64,000 nt of DNA from Planctomycetota bacterium (GTDB lineage: Bacteria > Planctomycetota > UBA8108 > SXIK01): contig CBDCXR010000004.1 in assembly GCA_965223845.1 (NCBI GenBank), forward strand, positions 4,640,001 to 4,704,000, written 5' to 3'. Both the position numbers and the translations under genes were made by a program. The notes under the pieces are model-generated. The model ran no database searches, was not told the DNA's origin, and saw only the letters and a program-made list of their open reading frames with translations. Positions 1 through 11,252 of the stretch are shown here, one piece after another; the stretch's first letter is position 1; every line of letters starts with the position of its first letter.

Positions 1-419
1 TCGCGAAGCTCGCTCGTGTGAGCGAGCAACTCGACCTGCCCGATCTCGACGAGGTATTCTCCGGGACGCACCTTGAAGCGATACGCGGATGCACCGACAC
101 GTGCCGACGCGTAGAGATCGACCGGTTCGTCGCCCCAGACCCCCACGGCAGGAACGAACCACGGCCGCAAGGAGTCGCCGCCGGTGCAACCGTACGTCGC
201 GCCCTCGCGGTAGCGACGATCAGGAAGGACGCGCGTGCCGCCGAGTCGTATTCCTTCGCCGCCGCAGTTGACGATAAACGGGGCTCGAAGCCACGCATCC
301 CGCGCGGGAGCTTCCGCTCCCATTCCGTAGGAATCGAGCTGCGCCCCCGTCCCAATCGCGACGATCAAAACGCGCAGCCCGATGCGCGTCGCGCTCGTCC
401 TCGTCAATTCTTTCGCCAT
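1..419 (-). CDS. Secreted malectin-like domain protein (5' part only; runs off left edge)
   Basis: Not in the ORF track. Manual translation from ATG at 419 gives MAKELTRTSATRIGLRVLIVAIG...FIVNCGGEG...PDRRY...DLYASARVGASAYRFKVRPGEYLVEIGQVEL, open to the edge. INCGG / LY.S.R / Y.F.V..G.Y.V is the malectin pattern. Confidence 0.7.
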   Translation of the reverse strand, partial: MAKELTRTSATRIGLRVLIVAIGTGAQLDSYGMGAEAPARDAWLRAPFIVNCGGEGIRLGGTRVLPDRRYREGATYGCTGGDSLRPWFVPAVGVWGDEPVDLYASARVGASAYRFKVRPGEYLVEIGQVELLAHTSELR

Positions 420-573
420 CGCTCATCTCGTTCTTCGTCGACCGCTCCATTGTCGTCGTCGACAGCGTTCGGCGCGAGGCCTCGATCGAGGTCGATCGCG
501 CCGCTGGCGTGGAAGCCCGTCGGAACTCGCGGTTAGAATGTTCGTCTGGGGCGGCAGGCGACGGAGGAAAGAC

Positions 574-1761
574 ATGAAGATCCGCGAAGTCCGCGTCATC
601 GTCACTTCACCCGGGCGAAACTACGTCGTCGTCAAGGTTCTCACGGACGAAGGCGTCTACGGCGTGGGAGAAGGAACGCTCAACGGGAGCGAGCTCGCGG
701 TCGCGGAGTCTCTCCGTCATTCCTCGGAGCTCCTCATCGGACTCGACCCCCACCGCATCGAGGACATCTGGCACCTTCTCTACCATCACGCCTACTGGCG
801 CCGCGGGCCGATTCAGATGGCAGCGATCAGCGCGATCGATATGGCGCTCTGGGACATCAAAGGGAAGGTGGCGAAGCTCCCCGTCTACCAGCTCCTCGGC
901 GGCAAGGCCCGCGAGGGATGCATGGTGTACGGCCACGCGGGTGGATCGTCGCACGAAGCGATCGTCGAGTCGGTACGCGGCTATCAGCAGCGCGGGTTCA
1001 AGGTGATTCGCGTTCAGCACGGCGCGTACGGCGGTCCAGGACTTCTCCGCCGAATTCCCGCTCACCGCCCCGGGATTCCGAGCACGGCGGTGTTCGAACC
1101 GACACCTTATCTTCTCGACACGCCGCGCATGTTCGAGCACTTGCGAAAGCAGCTCGGTGACGAGGTCGAGCTCTGCCACGACGTCCACGAGCAGCTCACA
1201 CCGCAGCAGGCGGCCCATCTCGCCCGACAGCTTCAGGACTTTCGACTCTTCTTTCTCGAAGATCCCGTCCGCCCCGATCACAAGGAGAGCTTCAAGCTCG
1301 TCCGCGAAGCGTCGACGACGCCGCTCGCGATGGGCGAACTCTTCGTCTCGCGATGGGACTGTATCCCGCTCTTCGTGAATCAGTGGATCGATTACATCCG
1401 GATCAAGCCGCAGCACGTCGGCGGAATCACGGAAGCCAAAAAGATTTTCGCTCTCGCTGAGCCGTACCAGGTGAAAAGCGCGTCCCACGGCGCGCGCGAC
1501 ATCGGCCCGATCGGCCAGGCGGCATCCGTCCACGTGGGGCTCACGATCCCGAACTTCGGGGTGCAGGAGTGGACCGACTTTTCGAAGACGGAGCACGATG
1601 TCTTTCCCGGCCGGGCGTTCTTCCACGACGGCTACGCACACGTCCAGGAGACACCGGGTCTCGGAGTCGACGTCGATGAACGCGCCGCCGCGAAATACCC
1701 GTACCAGCGCGCTTACATGCCTCTCGTCCGGCGTGAGGACGGGACGATGCACGTCTACTGA
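574..1761 (+). CDS. manD: Enolase-superfamily acid-sugar dehydratase, mannonate dehydratase (ManD/RspA) subgroup
   Basis: GGAGG RBS before ATG 574. MKI..V.VIVTSPGRNY, YWRRGP, SAIDMALWDIKGK, HDVHE, FFLED, MGE and a C-terminal REDGT. Confidence 0.85.
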   Translation: MKIREVRVIVTSPGRNYVVVKVLTDEGVYGVGEGTLNGSELAVAESLRHSSELLIGLDPHRIEDIWHLLYHHAYWRRGPIQMAAISAIDMALWDIKGKVAKLPVYQLLGGKAREGCMVYGHAGGSSHEAIVESVRGYQQRGFKVIRVQHGAYGGPGLLRRIPAHRPGIPSTAVFEPTPYLLDTPRMFEHLRKQLGDEVELCHDVHEQLTPQQAAHLARQLQDFRLFFLEDPVRPDHKESFKLVREASTTPLAMGELFVSRWDCIPLFVNQWIDYIRIKPQHVGGITEAKKIFALAEPYQVKSASHGARDIGPIGQAASVHVGLTIPNFGVQEWTDFSKTEHDVFPGRAFFHDGYAHVQETPGLGVDVDERAAAKYPYQRAYMPLVRREDGTMHVY

Positions 1762-2019
1762 CCCGCGCGAGCGTTTCGCGCTCGCGCGAATCTCGGAGTG
1801 GAGCGCGGCGACGACGCGACATCTGGCCCGGATGACGAGAGTGCCGCGAGCGACCATTCGCGAAGATCCGGACGTCGAGCTCGCGGCGCTGCACGCACGT
1901 CGGTTACGATCTGGATGCTCGAGGAGCTCCGAGGAAGGGCTTGCTCGGCGAAGCCAGCGGGCTCCTTACGGTCCGCGCATCTCGAAGGAAGTGCACGCCG
2001 CGTGCCTGAGCCAGTTCGG

Positions 2020-2697
2020 ATGCGGAGTCAGAGACAAACCACAGCGATCTTACTCGGCACGCTCTCGGTCGCCGTACTCATCGCGTTGATCGCGATGGTT
2101 TTCTTCAGACCACGAGCCGCCCGAGCTTACCCGCCAGCACCCACCGCGCGTGTCGTCACGTTTCCGACCGATGCGATCTCGTTGGGAGGTGGGGTTCTTG
2201 TGAGCTTTGGGACACTGCACACACGGCCGTGGAAGGAGGGGCCCATCCGCACACCGGGGCGGTGGGAGAACATCGGCGAGGCGCGGGGCGAAGTCTCGAT
2301 TCCCGCGAACAAGATGCTCATGCTAAGCCTCGATTCGAACAACGATACAACACTCACTGCGCTCACTCGCCTTGACCCGTTTGACCTACAGGTCCTTTCG
2401 GCGCCCAGCCAGAACCGAATGACCCATGCCGCGATACCGAGCATCAGCCACTTGAAAGGTCTCAGAATACTGCACCTCGGTGGAGCACGAATCACGGATG
2501 ACAGTCTTCGTCACCTATCGCGTCTCTCATTCTTGGAACACCTCGACCTCCAGAGCTGCCCCATCTCCGACGAAGCGATCCCGCACTTAAGCAAACTGCG
2601 CTCGTTGCGCTCGCTGTCGCTCGCGCGTACACAAACCACGAATCGAGGAGTCTCGCGACTCCAATGGGCGCTTCGCGAATGCCAGATCAGTCACTGA
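2020..2697 (+). CDS. Membrane-anchored leucine-rich repeat protein
   Basis: N-terminal hydrophobic helix, then LRRs (LKGLRILHLGGARITDDSL, LSFLEHLDLQSCPISDEAI, LRSLRSLSLARTQTTNRGV). Start uncertain (ATG 2020 chosen). Confidence 0.75.
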   Translation: MRSQRQTTAILLGTLSVAVLIALIAMVFFRPRAARAYPPAPTARVVTFPTDAISLGGGVLVSFGTLHTRPWKEGPIRTPGRWENIGEARGEVSIPANKMLMLSLDSNNDTTLTALTRLDPFDLQVLSAPSQNRMTHAAIPSISHLKGLRILHLGGARITDDSLRHLSRLSFLEHLDLQSCPISDEAIPHLSKLRSLRSLSLARTQTTNRGVSRLQWALRECQISH

Positions 2698-2854
2698 GCT
2701 CGTAGCGTAGCTCCGGCGGTGTTCGACTGACTCCGCGCTCGTTTCAGTTGGCGTCCTTTGTAGCAACCTCACCTCGCCCGCAAGATCCCAAACGCCCTTG
2801 CGGTGCCGCGAACTGCCCGTTCTCGGTCACGTTCAAATTTCCTGGAGAATCAAC

Positions 2855-4258
<1,404 letters not shown>

Positions 4259-4277
4259 GCTCCGAGCGGCCAAAGCG

Positions 4278-7200
4278 ATGCGACGGCGACGAGCTCGCGA
4301 CCGAGCAGTGCACCCGACGCGGAACGCCGCGCGGCCGCGCGGCGTCGCCGATCTGCGGTTCGCCGCGGCACTCTGCGCGATGGGGTTTGCCCCGGGCGTC
4401 GCAGCCGATCCGCCGCGGGACTTCACCCGTCTCGTCGCCCACTGGGCGGAGTACGCCGACCCGGAGTACCTCCGATTCATTGGCGATGCGAAGCCCGAGA
4501 TCGCCCAGATCGGGTTCTACGGTGCCCATTTCTGGAGTCTCGCGCACACGGCGCACGGCGGCGGCTACCCCGCGCACTTTCCGGTGCGCGGGCACCGGGA
4601 GTGCGCGGATTGGTTCGAACGACGGAACGTCGAGATCCATCGCCTGGGAACGAAGATCGTCGGTCACCTAAACGTCAAGTTTCTCGTCGGCGATCCCGAC
4701 AGCGACGACGGGCCGCGCGGATTCTTCCGCTTCTACCGCGACTGGGATGAATCTCTCCTCGGACCGAAGCCCACGGCAGACCCGATGTCGCTTCTCGAAG
4801 TGGGTCGCAACGGCAAGCCTCGAGCGAGCGAGTCCTATCGGATCGGCGGGATGCGAGAATACTGGGCGTGCCTCAGCAATCCCGACTGGCGCGCCGTGCT
4901 CAAGGCGTGGGTTCGATTCGGCATCGCGCGCGGCGTCGACGGTTTCATCGTCAATTACTTCTACCGCCACGACTGTCACTGCGAGCACTGCGTCCGCGGA
5001 TTTCGCAAATACCTGCGGGAGCGATTCAGCCCCGCAGAGCTCGCCGGAAGGCTCGGCATCGACAGTCTCGCCGAGCACGTCTTCGATGAAATCGGCGCTT
5101 GGCACGATCCGTCGCGGTCGACTCTGCTTCGCCGCGAGGCTCTACGATTCTCGCAGCTCACGAACAAGCGGGCGTTCGACGAAGTCCTCATCGAGTTCGG
5201 ACGCGAGCTGAAACCGGATCTCATCGTCGCGCAGTGGAACCACCTCGGTGACTTCTCGCAATTGAGCGGCGACGAGCGCTGTCTTCTCCCCCGCGACGCG
5301 TGGGCTCGAGGCGAAGACTACCTCTGGTACAGCACTGGCGGCGCCGCAAACTCGACGAAGCTCGCCGAAGGAAACTTGGGCGAGGCGACGCTCCAGGCGC
5401 GCTACATCCGCGGCGCGTCGGGCGGGAAACCGTTCACGCTCGGGAAGTACGAACACGTTCGGGTCCGCACCGCGATCGCCGAGCTCGCCGCGAACGGGGG
5501 AGCGCCGATGGGCTTCTACACGAGATTTCGCGAAGCGGACGCTCGACGCGAGATCGTCCGCTACTATCGCTTTCTCCATCGCTACGACGCGCTCTATTCC
5601 GGGGATCGATCGTACGCGCCCGTTCTCCTCCGCTTCCCGCGCCGTGCCGTTCACTCCGGTGACTTGAAACCGCTCGAGCGCTTCAAGACGATCGGCCGGC
5701 GACTACTCGATGAGCACGTCCTCTTCGATGTCACTCCGGACGATTCGCCGGCGGCGAGTGCGTCGGAGTACCTCGCCGTCGTCGATCCCACCGACCCGGT
5801 CGCGAGAGCCGACACGGTGATGGATTCGCTCCCCGACTCGCTCAGCCGATTCGAGGCACCGGCGACCGTCCGCGTGTCGGCGTCGCGACCCGCACGGCAG
5901 GGAGAACTCACGATTCACTTTGTGAACTACAACCGCGTCGAACCGTCCGATGGGAGCGGCGCCGGCGGTGGAATCCGCGATGAAAGGCCGATCGCGACGC
6001 CTAGGATCCCCGCGAGCATTCGCGTGCCGCGCGGCTGCGTCGCTCGGCGCGTCGAGTTCCTGACGCCCGAAACCGACGCGCCGACGGAACTGCGGTTCCG
6101 CGCGGGCGCGGACGCGCGCGTGGACGTCGTCGTTCCGTCCTTCCTCGTCTACGGTGTTCTCCGGATTCATCTCGAAGCTACCGACGAGTCGAGCGCGAGA
6201 CTCCGTCCCCGAGTGGCGGGCGTCGTCACCGAGTATCGACACAATTCGCACGCCGACGTGATTCTCAGCCGCCTTCTCCTTACCGATACGCTCGACGGCA
6301 AAGGGAACCCGTCTGCGCTCGAGCTCGCGTCCCTCTATACCGATCAACGTCCGAGCGGCGACACGAGCCGTCTCCTCGCCGCGTCGCACGGGTTTCGCGT
6401 GAGCGAGACCGTGGCGGACGCCCTCACCCTCGGAACCGGCGAGCTCGCCGTCGACGCCGTTCTTCTCATCGCCGAGCACGGCAACTACCCGCGATCGGAA
6501 ACCGGCAACATCGTCTATCCGAAGCGCCGCCTCTGGGAGCAGATCCTCGAGGTGTTCCGCGCGAGCGGACGCGCCGTCCCCGTTTTCATCGACAAGCACA
6601 TCGCCGACAACTGGAAGGATGCGAAGTTTATTTACGACACGGCACGCGAACTCGACGTCCCTCTCATGGCGGGTTCGTCGCTCCCCGTGACTTGGCGACG
6701 ACCCGCGGTCGATGTTCCCCGCGGGTCGAAGCTGCGCGAGATCGTAGCGATCACCTATCACACGACGGATGCCTACGGCTTTCACGCTCTCGAGTTCGTC
6801 CAAGCGCTCGCCGAACAGCGAGACGGTGGCGAGACGGGGATTCGGGCGGTCGAATCGCTCGCGGGAGACGCGGTTTGGAATGCGCTCGACGAAAGGGCGA
6901 TCGATCTCGAGCTCTTCGGCGCCGCGTGGACGCGACTCTCGGCACCACGGGTCCCACGCGAGCGCCTCCGCGACGCCGTGCCCGAACCGCGGCTCTTTCG
7001 CCTCGAGCACACCGACGGACTCCGCGTCCACCTCCTCGAGTTGAACGGCGCGGCCGGCGAGTGGTCCGCGGCCTGGCGCTACGCCGACGGATCGAAGGCG
7101 TCGTCGCTCTTTTGGACGCAAGAGGGCCGTCCGGGAATGCACTTCACGTACCTTCTGAACGGGATCGAATCGATGGTCGAGACCGGAACGCCCGCTTGGA

Positions 7201-7370
7201 ACGCCGAGCGAACTCTCCTCACGAGCGGGACTCTCGACGCCCTGCTGAGCTCCCTTCACAATGGCCAACGTCGCATCGAAACACCCCACTTGGAGCTTCG
7301 CTACCAGCCGGTCTGGCGCTGGAGCGAACCCCCGTATCCTCCCTTCATGAGGCCTTGGTCCGAGCAGTGA
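4278..7370 (+). CDS. Fusion protein: putative glycoside-hydrolase-like TIM barrel (CxCxxC) plus C-terminal Rossmann/oxidoreductase-like domain
   Basis: 1030 aa with a signal-like N-terminus. GVDGFIVNY...DCHCEHCVRGF recalls the GH42-type Cys cluster. The C-terminal ~390 aa begin RPRVAGVVTEYRHNSHADVI...AVDAVLLIAEHGNYP...PVFIDKH...PLMAGSS. Confidence 0.6.
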   Translation: MRRRRARDRAVHPTRNAARPRGVADLRFAAALCAMGFAPGVAADPPRDFTRLVAHWAEYADPEYLRFIGDAKPEIAQIGFYGAHFWSLAHTAHGGGYPAHFPVRGHRECADWFERRNVEIHRLGTKIVGHLNVKFLVGDPDSDDGPRGFFRFYRDWDESLLGPKPTADPMSLLEVGRNGKPRASESYRIGGMREYWACLSNPDWRAVLKAWVRFGIARGVDGFIVNYFYRHDCHCEHCVRGFRKYLRERFSPAELAGRLGIDSLAEHVFDEIGAWHDPSRSTLLRREALRFSQLTNKRAFDEVLIEFGRELKPDLIVAQWNHLGDFSQLSGDERCLLPRDAWARGEDYLWYSTGGAANSTKLAEGNLGEATLQARYIRGASGGKPFTLGKYEHVRVRTAIAELAANGGAPMGFYTRFREADARREIVRYYRFLHRYDALYSGDRSYAPVLLRFPRRAVHSGDLKPLERFKTIGRRLLDEHVLFDVTPDDSPAASASEYLAVVDPTDPVARADTVMDSLPDSLSRFEAPATVRVSASRPARQGELTIHFVNYNRVEPSDGSGAGGGIRDERPIATPRIPASIRVPRGCVARRVEFLTPETDAPTELRFRAGADARVDVVVPSFLVYGVLRIHLEATDESSARLRPRVAGVVTEYRHNSHADVILSRLLLTDTLDGKGNPSALELASLYTDQRPSGDTSRLLAASHGFRVSETVADALTLGTGELAVDAVLLIAEHGNYPRSETGNIVYPKRRLWEQILEVFRASGRAVPVFIDKHIADNWKDAKFIYDTARELDVPLMAGSSLPVTWRRPAVDVPRGSKLREIVAITYHTTDAYGFHALEFVQALAEQRDGGETGIRAVESLAGDAVWNALDERAIDLELFGAAWTRLSAPRVPRERLRDAVPEPRLFRLEHTDGLRVHLLELNGAAGEWSAAWRYADGSKASSLFWTQEGRPGMHFTYLLNGIESMVETGTPAWNAERTLLTSGTLDALLSSLHNGQRRIETPHLELRYQPVWRWSEPPYPPFMRPWSEQ

Positions 7371-10147
7371 TCTGGACTCGAAAGCCGCAAGAGTTCGGCG
7401 GCACAACGAGCCGTTGCACGGCGACTAGACCGACCGTCGCGCTGCGCTCGATCAGCGCGCTCGCGGTTTTCGTCGCGATGGCGCTCAGCGCGGCAGCCGA
7501 GGAGCCGGCGCCGGCGCAGGAATCGAGTCCCTCGACGCCCAGACCGCGCTGGACGACGTCCCGCGTTCGCGGCACGCCGGAACCGCCCCTCGCTTACACG
7601 GTCGAAAAGACGTTCCAGCGCGTCGCGTGGAAAGCGCCGATCTACATCATCGCGGAACCGGGAACGCAGGACCTTCTCGTCGTCCAGCAGGGCGGCGAGC
7701 GCGACCGTCCGTCGCGGATCCTTCGCGTCCGCGACACCGGGGAAGCGGACCGAGCCGAACTCTTTCTCGAGGTCCCCGGACGACTCGTCTACAGCGTGAC
7801 GTTCGATCCGAGGTACCGAGAGAACGGCGTGGTCTACGTGTTCTCGAACGGTCCGACGGGCGCAGGGGAACGCTTCAATCGCATCTCGCGGTACCTCGTC
7901 CGCGGGGATGAAGAACGAGCGTGCGATTCGGATTCCGAGAGATCCATCATCGAATGGCCCTCGGCGGGACACGACGGCGGCGACATGGTGTTCGGTCACG
8001 ACGGAATGCTCTACATCTCGTCGGGTGACGGCACGGGCGACTCGGACTCCGACGTCACCGGGCAGGACCTCTCGAATCTCCTGGCCGCCGTTCTTCGCAT
8101 CGACGTCCGATCAGCGGCCGAAGAGGGCGACGAGTCGAACGCTCCCGCGTACACGATCCCGTCCGACAATCCCTTCGTCGAGCATCCCGGAGCGCGCGGC
8201 GAAATCTGGGCCTACGGCCTCCGTAATCCGTGGCGGATGAGCATCGACCGGAAGACCGGACGGATCTGGGTCGGCACGAACGGACAGGACCTCTGGGAAA
8301 CGGCGCACTTGCTCGGACGCGGCGAGAACTACGGGTGGAGCGTCTACGAAGGAAACCATCCCTTCTACCTCCACCGCGAGCTCGGCCCGACGCCGTTCGT
8401 CCCGCCCACCCTCGAGCATCATCACCACGAGGCGCGCTCGCTCACGGGCGGGGTTGTCTATTACGGCGCCAAGATTCCAGATCTCGAGGGCGTCTATGTC
8501 TACGGCGACTACGCGACCGGGAAGATCTGGGGCGCGCGTCACGACGGTGCCCGGGTCACGTGGAAAGCCGAGCTCGCGGATACCTCGCTTCAAATTGCCG
8601 GTTTCGGCCTAGGTCATTCGGGCGATCTCTACGTCGTCGACCATGGCGGGGGCATCTACAAGCTCGTCCCTCGGCCTCCTCAAGGAGAGGATCGTTCTCC
8701 GTTTCCCCGTCGTCTGAGCGAAACCGGGATCTACGAATCGGTCGCCGAGCACCGCGTCGCGCCCGGCATCATTCGCTACTCCGTGAACGCTCCCGGCTGG
8801 AACGACGGCGCAGACGTCGATCGTTTCGTTGCGCTCCCGGGCGATGCGCGTGCGTCGTTCGCCGGCTCGCGCGGCTGGAACTTTCCGAACGGTGCCGTGC
8901 TCGTGCAGACCCTCTCTCTCGCCGGACGGAGAGTCGAAACACGCCTTCTCCACCGCGAGAGGAACGAGTGGCGCGGCTACTCGTTCCGCTGGCTGAACGA
9001 TGGGAGCGATGCCGAGCTCGTTCCCAAGAACGGCCTGACCACCGAGCTCGCTCACACAGCCGGAGCATCCGACGAGTCTTCACCCGGTGGGCGTACGTGG
9101 CGATTTCCCTCGCGAACGGAGTGCCTGTCGTGCCATTCGCGCGCGGCGAACTTCGTCCTCGGCCTTCGCACCGCGCAGGTCAACCGCAGCCAAGACTTCG
9201 GACACGGACCGGAGAATCAACTCCGGGCGTTCGTTCGCCTCGAGGCACTCGCGGGCGCTCCGGCCTCCGCTCCCGACGGACTGAGTCAGCTCGTCGATCC
9301 GTACGACGAGACAGCCGGTCTCGAACTCCGAGTTCGCTCGTACCTCGACGCGAACTGCGCGGGCTGTCACGTCGAAGCAGGCGGGGGGAACGCGAAGCTC
9401 TCGCTAGCCCACTCGACAGCGCTCGCCGGCACAAACTTGATTTCGCACCGCCCGCAGCACCATGCATTTGAGATTGCGAACGCGATGATCGTCGCGCCCG
9501 GGAACCCCGAGCGCTCGGTCCTCCTCCAGCGCTTGAGTCGGCGCGGGAGCGGTCAGATGCCGCCGCTCGCCAGTCTGCGAGTCGACGAACGCGCGGTCAC
9601 GCTCGTCCGCGCTTGGATCGAGAGTCTCCCGGTGCCGGAGAGGCGAATCGTTCGAGACTGGACCCTGAAGGATTTCTCCGGCCGCGTCGGGGAGGTTACG
9701 GCAAATCGTTCCTTCGCGGCGGGGCAGGCCGCGTTCGAGTCGACTGGGTGTACGCAGTGCCATCGGTTCCGCCGGAAAGGTGGCGGTGTCGGACCCGATC
9801 TGACGAACCTCGGGAGCCGCATGACGCCCGAGAAGCTGCTCGAAGCGCTGATCGAGCCTTCGAAAACCATTGCCCCGGGTTACGCAACGACGATCGTGCA
9901 GACGAGCGACGGCGAGGTCTACACCGGGCGCATCGACAGCGAAGACGAGGACGGAATCGTCCTTCGCACGGTGGCATCGTTCGCCGAGCCGACGAGAATC
10001 GAGAAGAGCGAGATCGTCGATCGGAGTGCGTCAACGGAGTCGATCATGCCGGCCGGAGCGCTCGACACGCTCGAGGCGCACGAGGTCCTCGATCTGCTCG
10101 CGTTCCTGCTCGCCGGCGGCTCGCGCGAGCACCCGGCGTTCGAGTAA
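7367..10147 (+). CDS. PQQ/GSDH-type beta-propeller dehydrogenase fused to cytochrome c domains (3 CxxCH)
   Basis: GTG start overlaps the upstream stop (GTGA); signal peptide. HDGG..FG.DG.LY.S.GDG, EIWAYGLRNPWR, GENYGW. Hemes CLSCH, CAGCH, CTQCH. C-terminal GPDLT...IEPS..I...S.MP planctomycete heme-binding domain. Confidence 0.85.
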   Translation: MIWTRKPQEFGGTTSRCTATRPTVALRSISALAVFVAMALSAAAEEPAPAQESSPSTPRPRWTTSRVRGTPEPPLAYTVEKTFQRVAWKAPIYIIAEPGTQDLLVVQQGGERDRPSRILRVRDTGEADRAELFLEVPGRLVYSVTFDPRYRENGVVYVFSNGPTGAGERFNRISRYLVRGDEERACDSDSERSIIEWPSAGHDGGDMVFGHDGMLYISSGDGTGDSDSDVTGQDLSNLLAAVLRIDVRSAAEEGDESNAPAYTIPSDNPFVEHPGARGEIWAYGLRNPWRMSIDRKTGRIWVGTNGQDLWETAHLLGRGENYGWSVYEGNHPFYLHRELGPTPFVPPTLEHHHHEARSLTGGVVYYGAKIPDLEGVYVYGDYATGKIWGARHDGARVTWKAELADTSLQIAGFGLGHSGDLYVVDHGGGIYKLVPRPPQGEDRSPFPRRLSETGIYESVAEHRVAPGIIRYSVNAPGWNDGADVDRFVALPGDARASFAGSRGWNFPNGAVLVQTLSLAGRRVETRLLHRERNEWRGYSFRWLNDGSDAELVPKNGLTTELAHTAGASDESSPGGRTWRFPSRTECLSCHSRAANFVLGLRTAQVNRSQDFGHGPENQLRAFVRLEALAGAPASAPDGLSQLVDPYDETAGLELRVRSYLDANCAGCHVEAGGGNAKLSLAHSTALAGTNLISHRPQHHAFEIANAMIVAPGNPERSVLLQRLSRRGSGQMPPLASLRVDERAVTLVRAWIESLPVPERRIVRDWTLKDFSGRVGEVTANRSFAAGQAAFESTGCTQCHRFRRKGGGVGPDLTNLGSRMTPEKLLEALIEPSKTIAPGYATTIVQTSDGEVYTGRIDSEDEDGIVLRTVASFAEPTRIEKSEIVDRSASTESIMPAGALDTLEAHEVLDLLAFLLAGGSREHPAFE

Positions 10148-10420
10148 AAGCTTACGAGTCGAGCGTGAGTGGCGGCTCCCTCGCCGCGCAGAGTCGGGCC
10201 CAGGAAATGCGCCGCGCCGAAGTAAGAAGCCCCGATCTCGCCGCGTCAGAGAAGAGCCAGGGGAAGTCGATGGAGGCCGATCGCCAGTCGTCCGGACATT
10301 CTCGGCGCGAGGCTCGCAGGGGGCGAAGCCTCTCGACAAATTGCGGAACTCCACGCGCGGCTGCCGCGTTCGTCGGAGGAAGGTCGAACTCAAGGTGTTC
10401 TCTGCCCATCGGAGCGACAG

Positions 10421-11218
10421 ATGACGGAAACCGACACCACCGCCAAAGCGCAGGCGGCCTCTCGCCCGTGGACGAAGCTCGTCGTGCTCGGCCTCTTCGT
10501 CGGCGCCGCCGGTGCCGCGTATTACTTCTTTGGTGACGCGCTCACCCTCGAGAGCCTTGCCGAGAAGGAAGCGGCCGTTCGCGATTACCAGAAGGACTCG
10601 GCTCTCGTCGTGTACGGAGCAGCGTTTCTCATCTACGTCGCCGTCACCGGGCTCTCGATTCCCGGCGCCGCTCCCCTCACTCTCGTCTTCGGATGGTTCT
10701 TCGGCTTTTGGCGCTCGCTCGTCCTCGTCAGCTTCGCGTCGACGACCGGCGCGACGATCGCGTTTCTTCTCAGCCGCTATCTCCTTCGCGATTCGATCCA
10801 GAATCGTTTCGGCGAACGCCTCGCGGCCTTCAATCGCGCACTCGATCGTGAGGGCGCGTTCTACCTCTTCACTCTCCGCTTGATTCCCGCGGTCCCCTTC
10901 TTTGTTATCAACGTCGTGATGGGACTCACTCGAATTCGTGCGCTGACGTTTTGGTGGGTGAGCCAGGTCGGTATGCTCGCGGGAACAGCCGTCTTCGTCT
11001 ACGCAGGCTCGAGCGTGCCGGATTCGGCGACCTTGGCCGAACAAGGCGTCGGTGGAATCCTCACCACCAATGTCATCCTCGCGTTCGTCGTCCTCGGGTT
11101 GTTTCCGCTCGTCGTCAAGAAAGTCTTCGAGCGCTTCCGCCCCGCTCCGAACGACGATGCCTCGAGTCCGATTCCGCCTTCGAGACCGAACCCGGACGCG
11201 GCGTCCGTCGATCCATAA
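10421..11218 (+). CDS. TVP38/TMEM64 (DedA/VTT-family) membrane protein
   Basis: LSIPGAAPLTL..G..FG, GATIAFLLSRY, LRLIPAVPFFVIN. Confidence 0.9.
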   Translation: MTETDTTAKAQAASRPWTKLVVLGLFVGAAGAAYYFFGDALTLESLAEKEAAVRDYQKDSALVVYGAAFLIYVAVTGLSIPGAAPLTLVFGWFFGFWRSLVLVSFASTTGATIAFLLSRYLLRDSIQNRFGERLAAFNRALDREGAFYLFTLRLIPAVPFFVINVVMGLTRIRALTFWWVSQVGMLAGTAVFVYAGSSVPDSATLAEQGVGGILTTNVILAFVVLGLFPLVVKKVFERFRPAPNDDASSPIPPSRPNPDAASVDP

Positions 11219-11252
11219 GAGATTCCCCTCGGGCAGAGAGAAAGGTCGACTC

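Noticed and set aside
607-1857. 416-aa antisense ORF over manD (likewise 2921-4084, 5703-7406, 20156-21364, 25454-26830, 37819-39147, 53748-55880)
   Set aside because: Shadow frames of well-supported genes. High-GC codon bias removes stops on the opposite strand, and the translations have no recognisable motifs.
6692-7366. N-terminal 225 aa of the 1151-aa ORF
   Set aside because: Overlaps the upstream gene and is low-complexity Arg-rich. The signal peptide follows the GTG at 7367, which overlaps the upstream stop.
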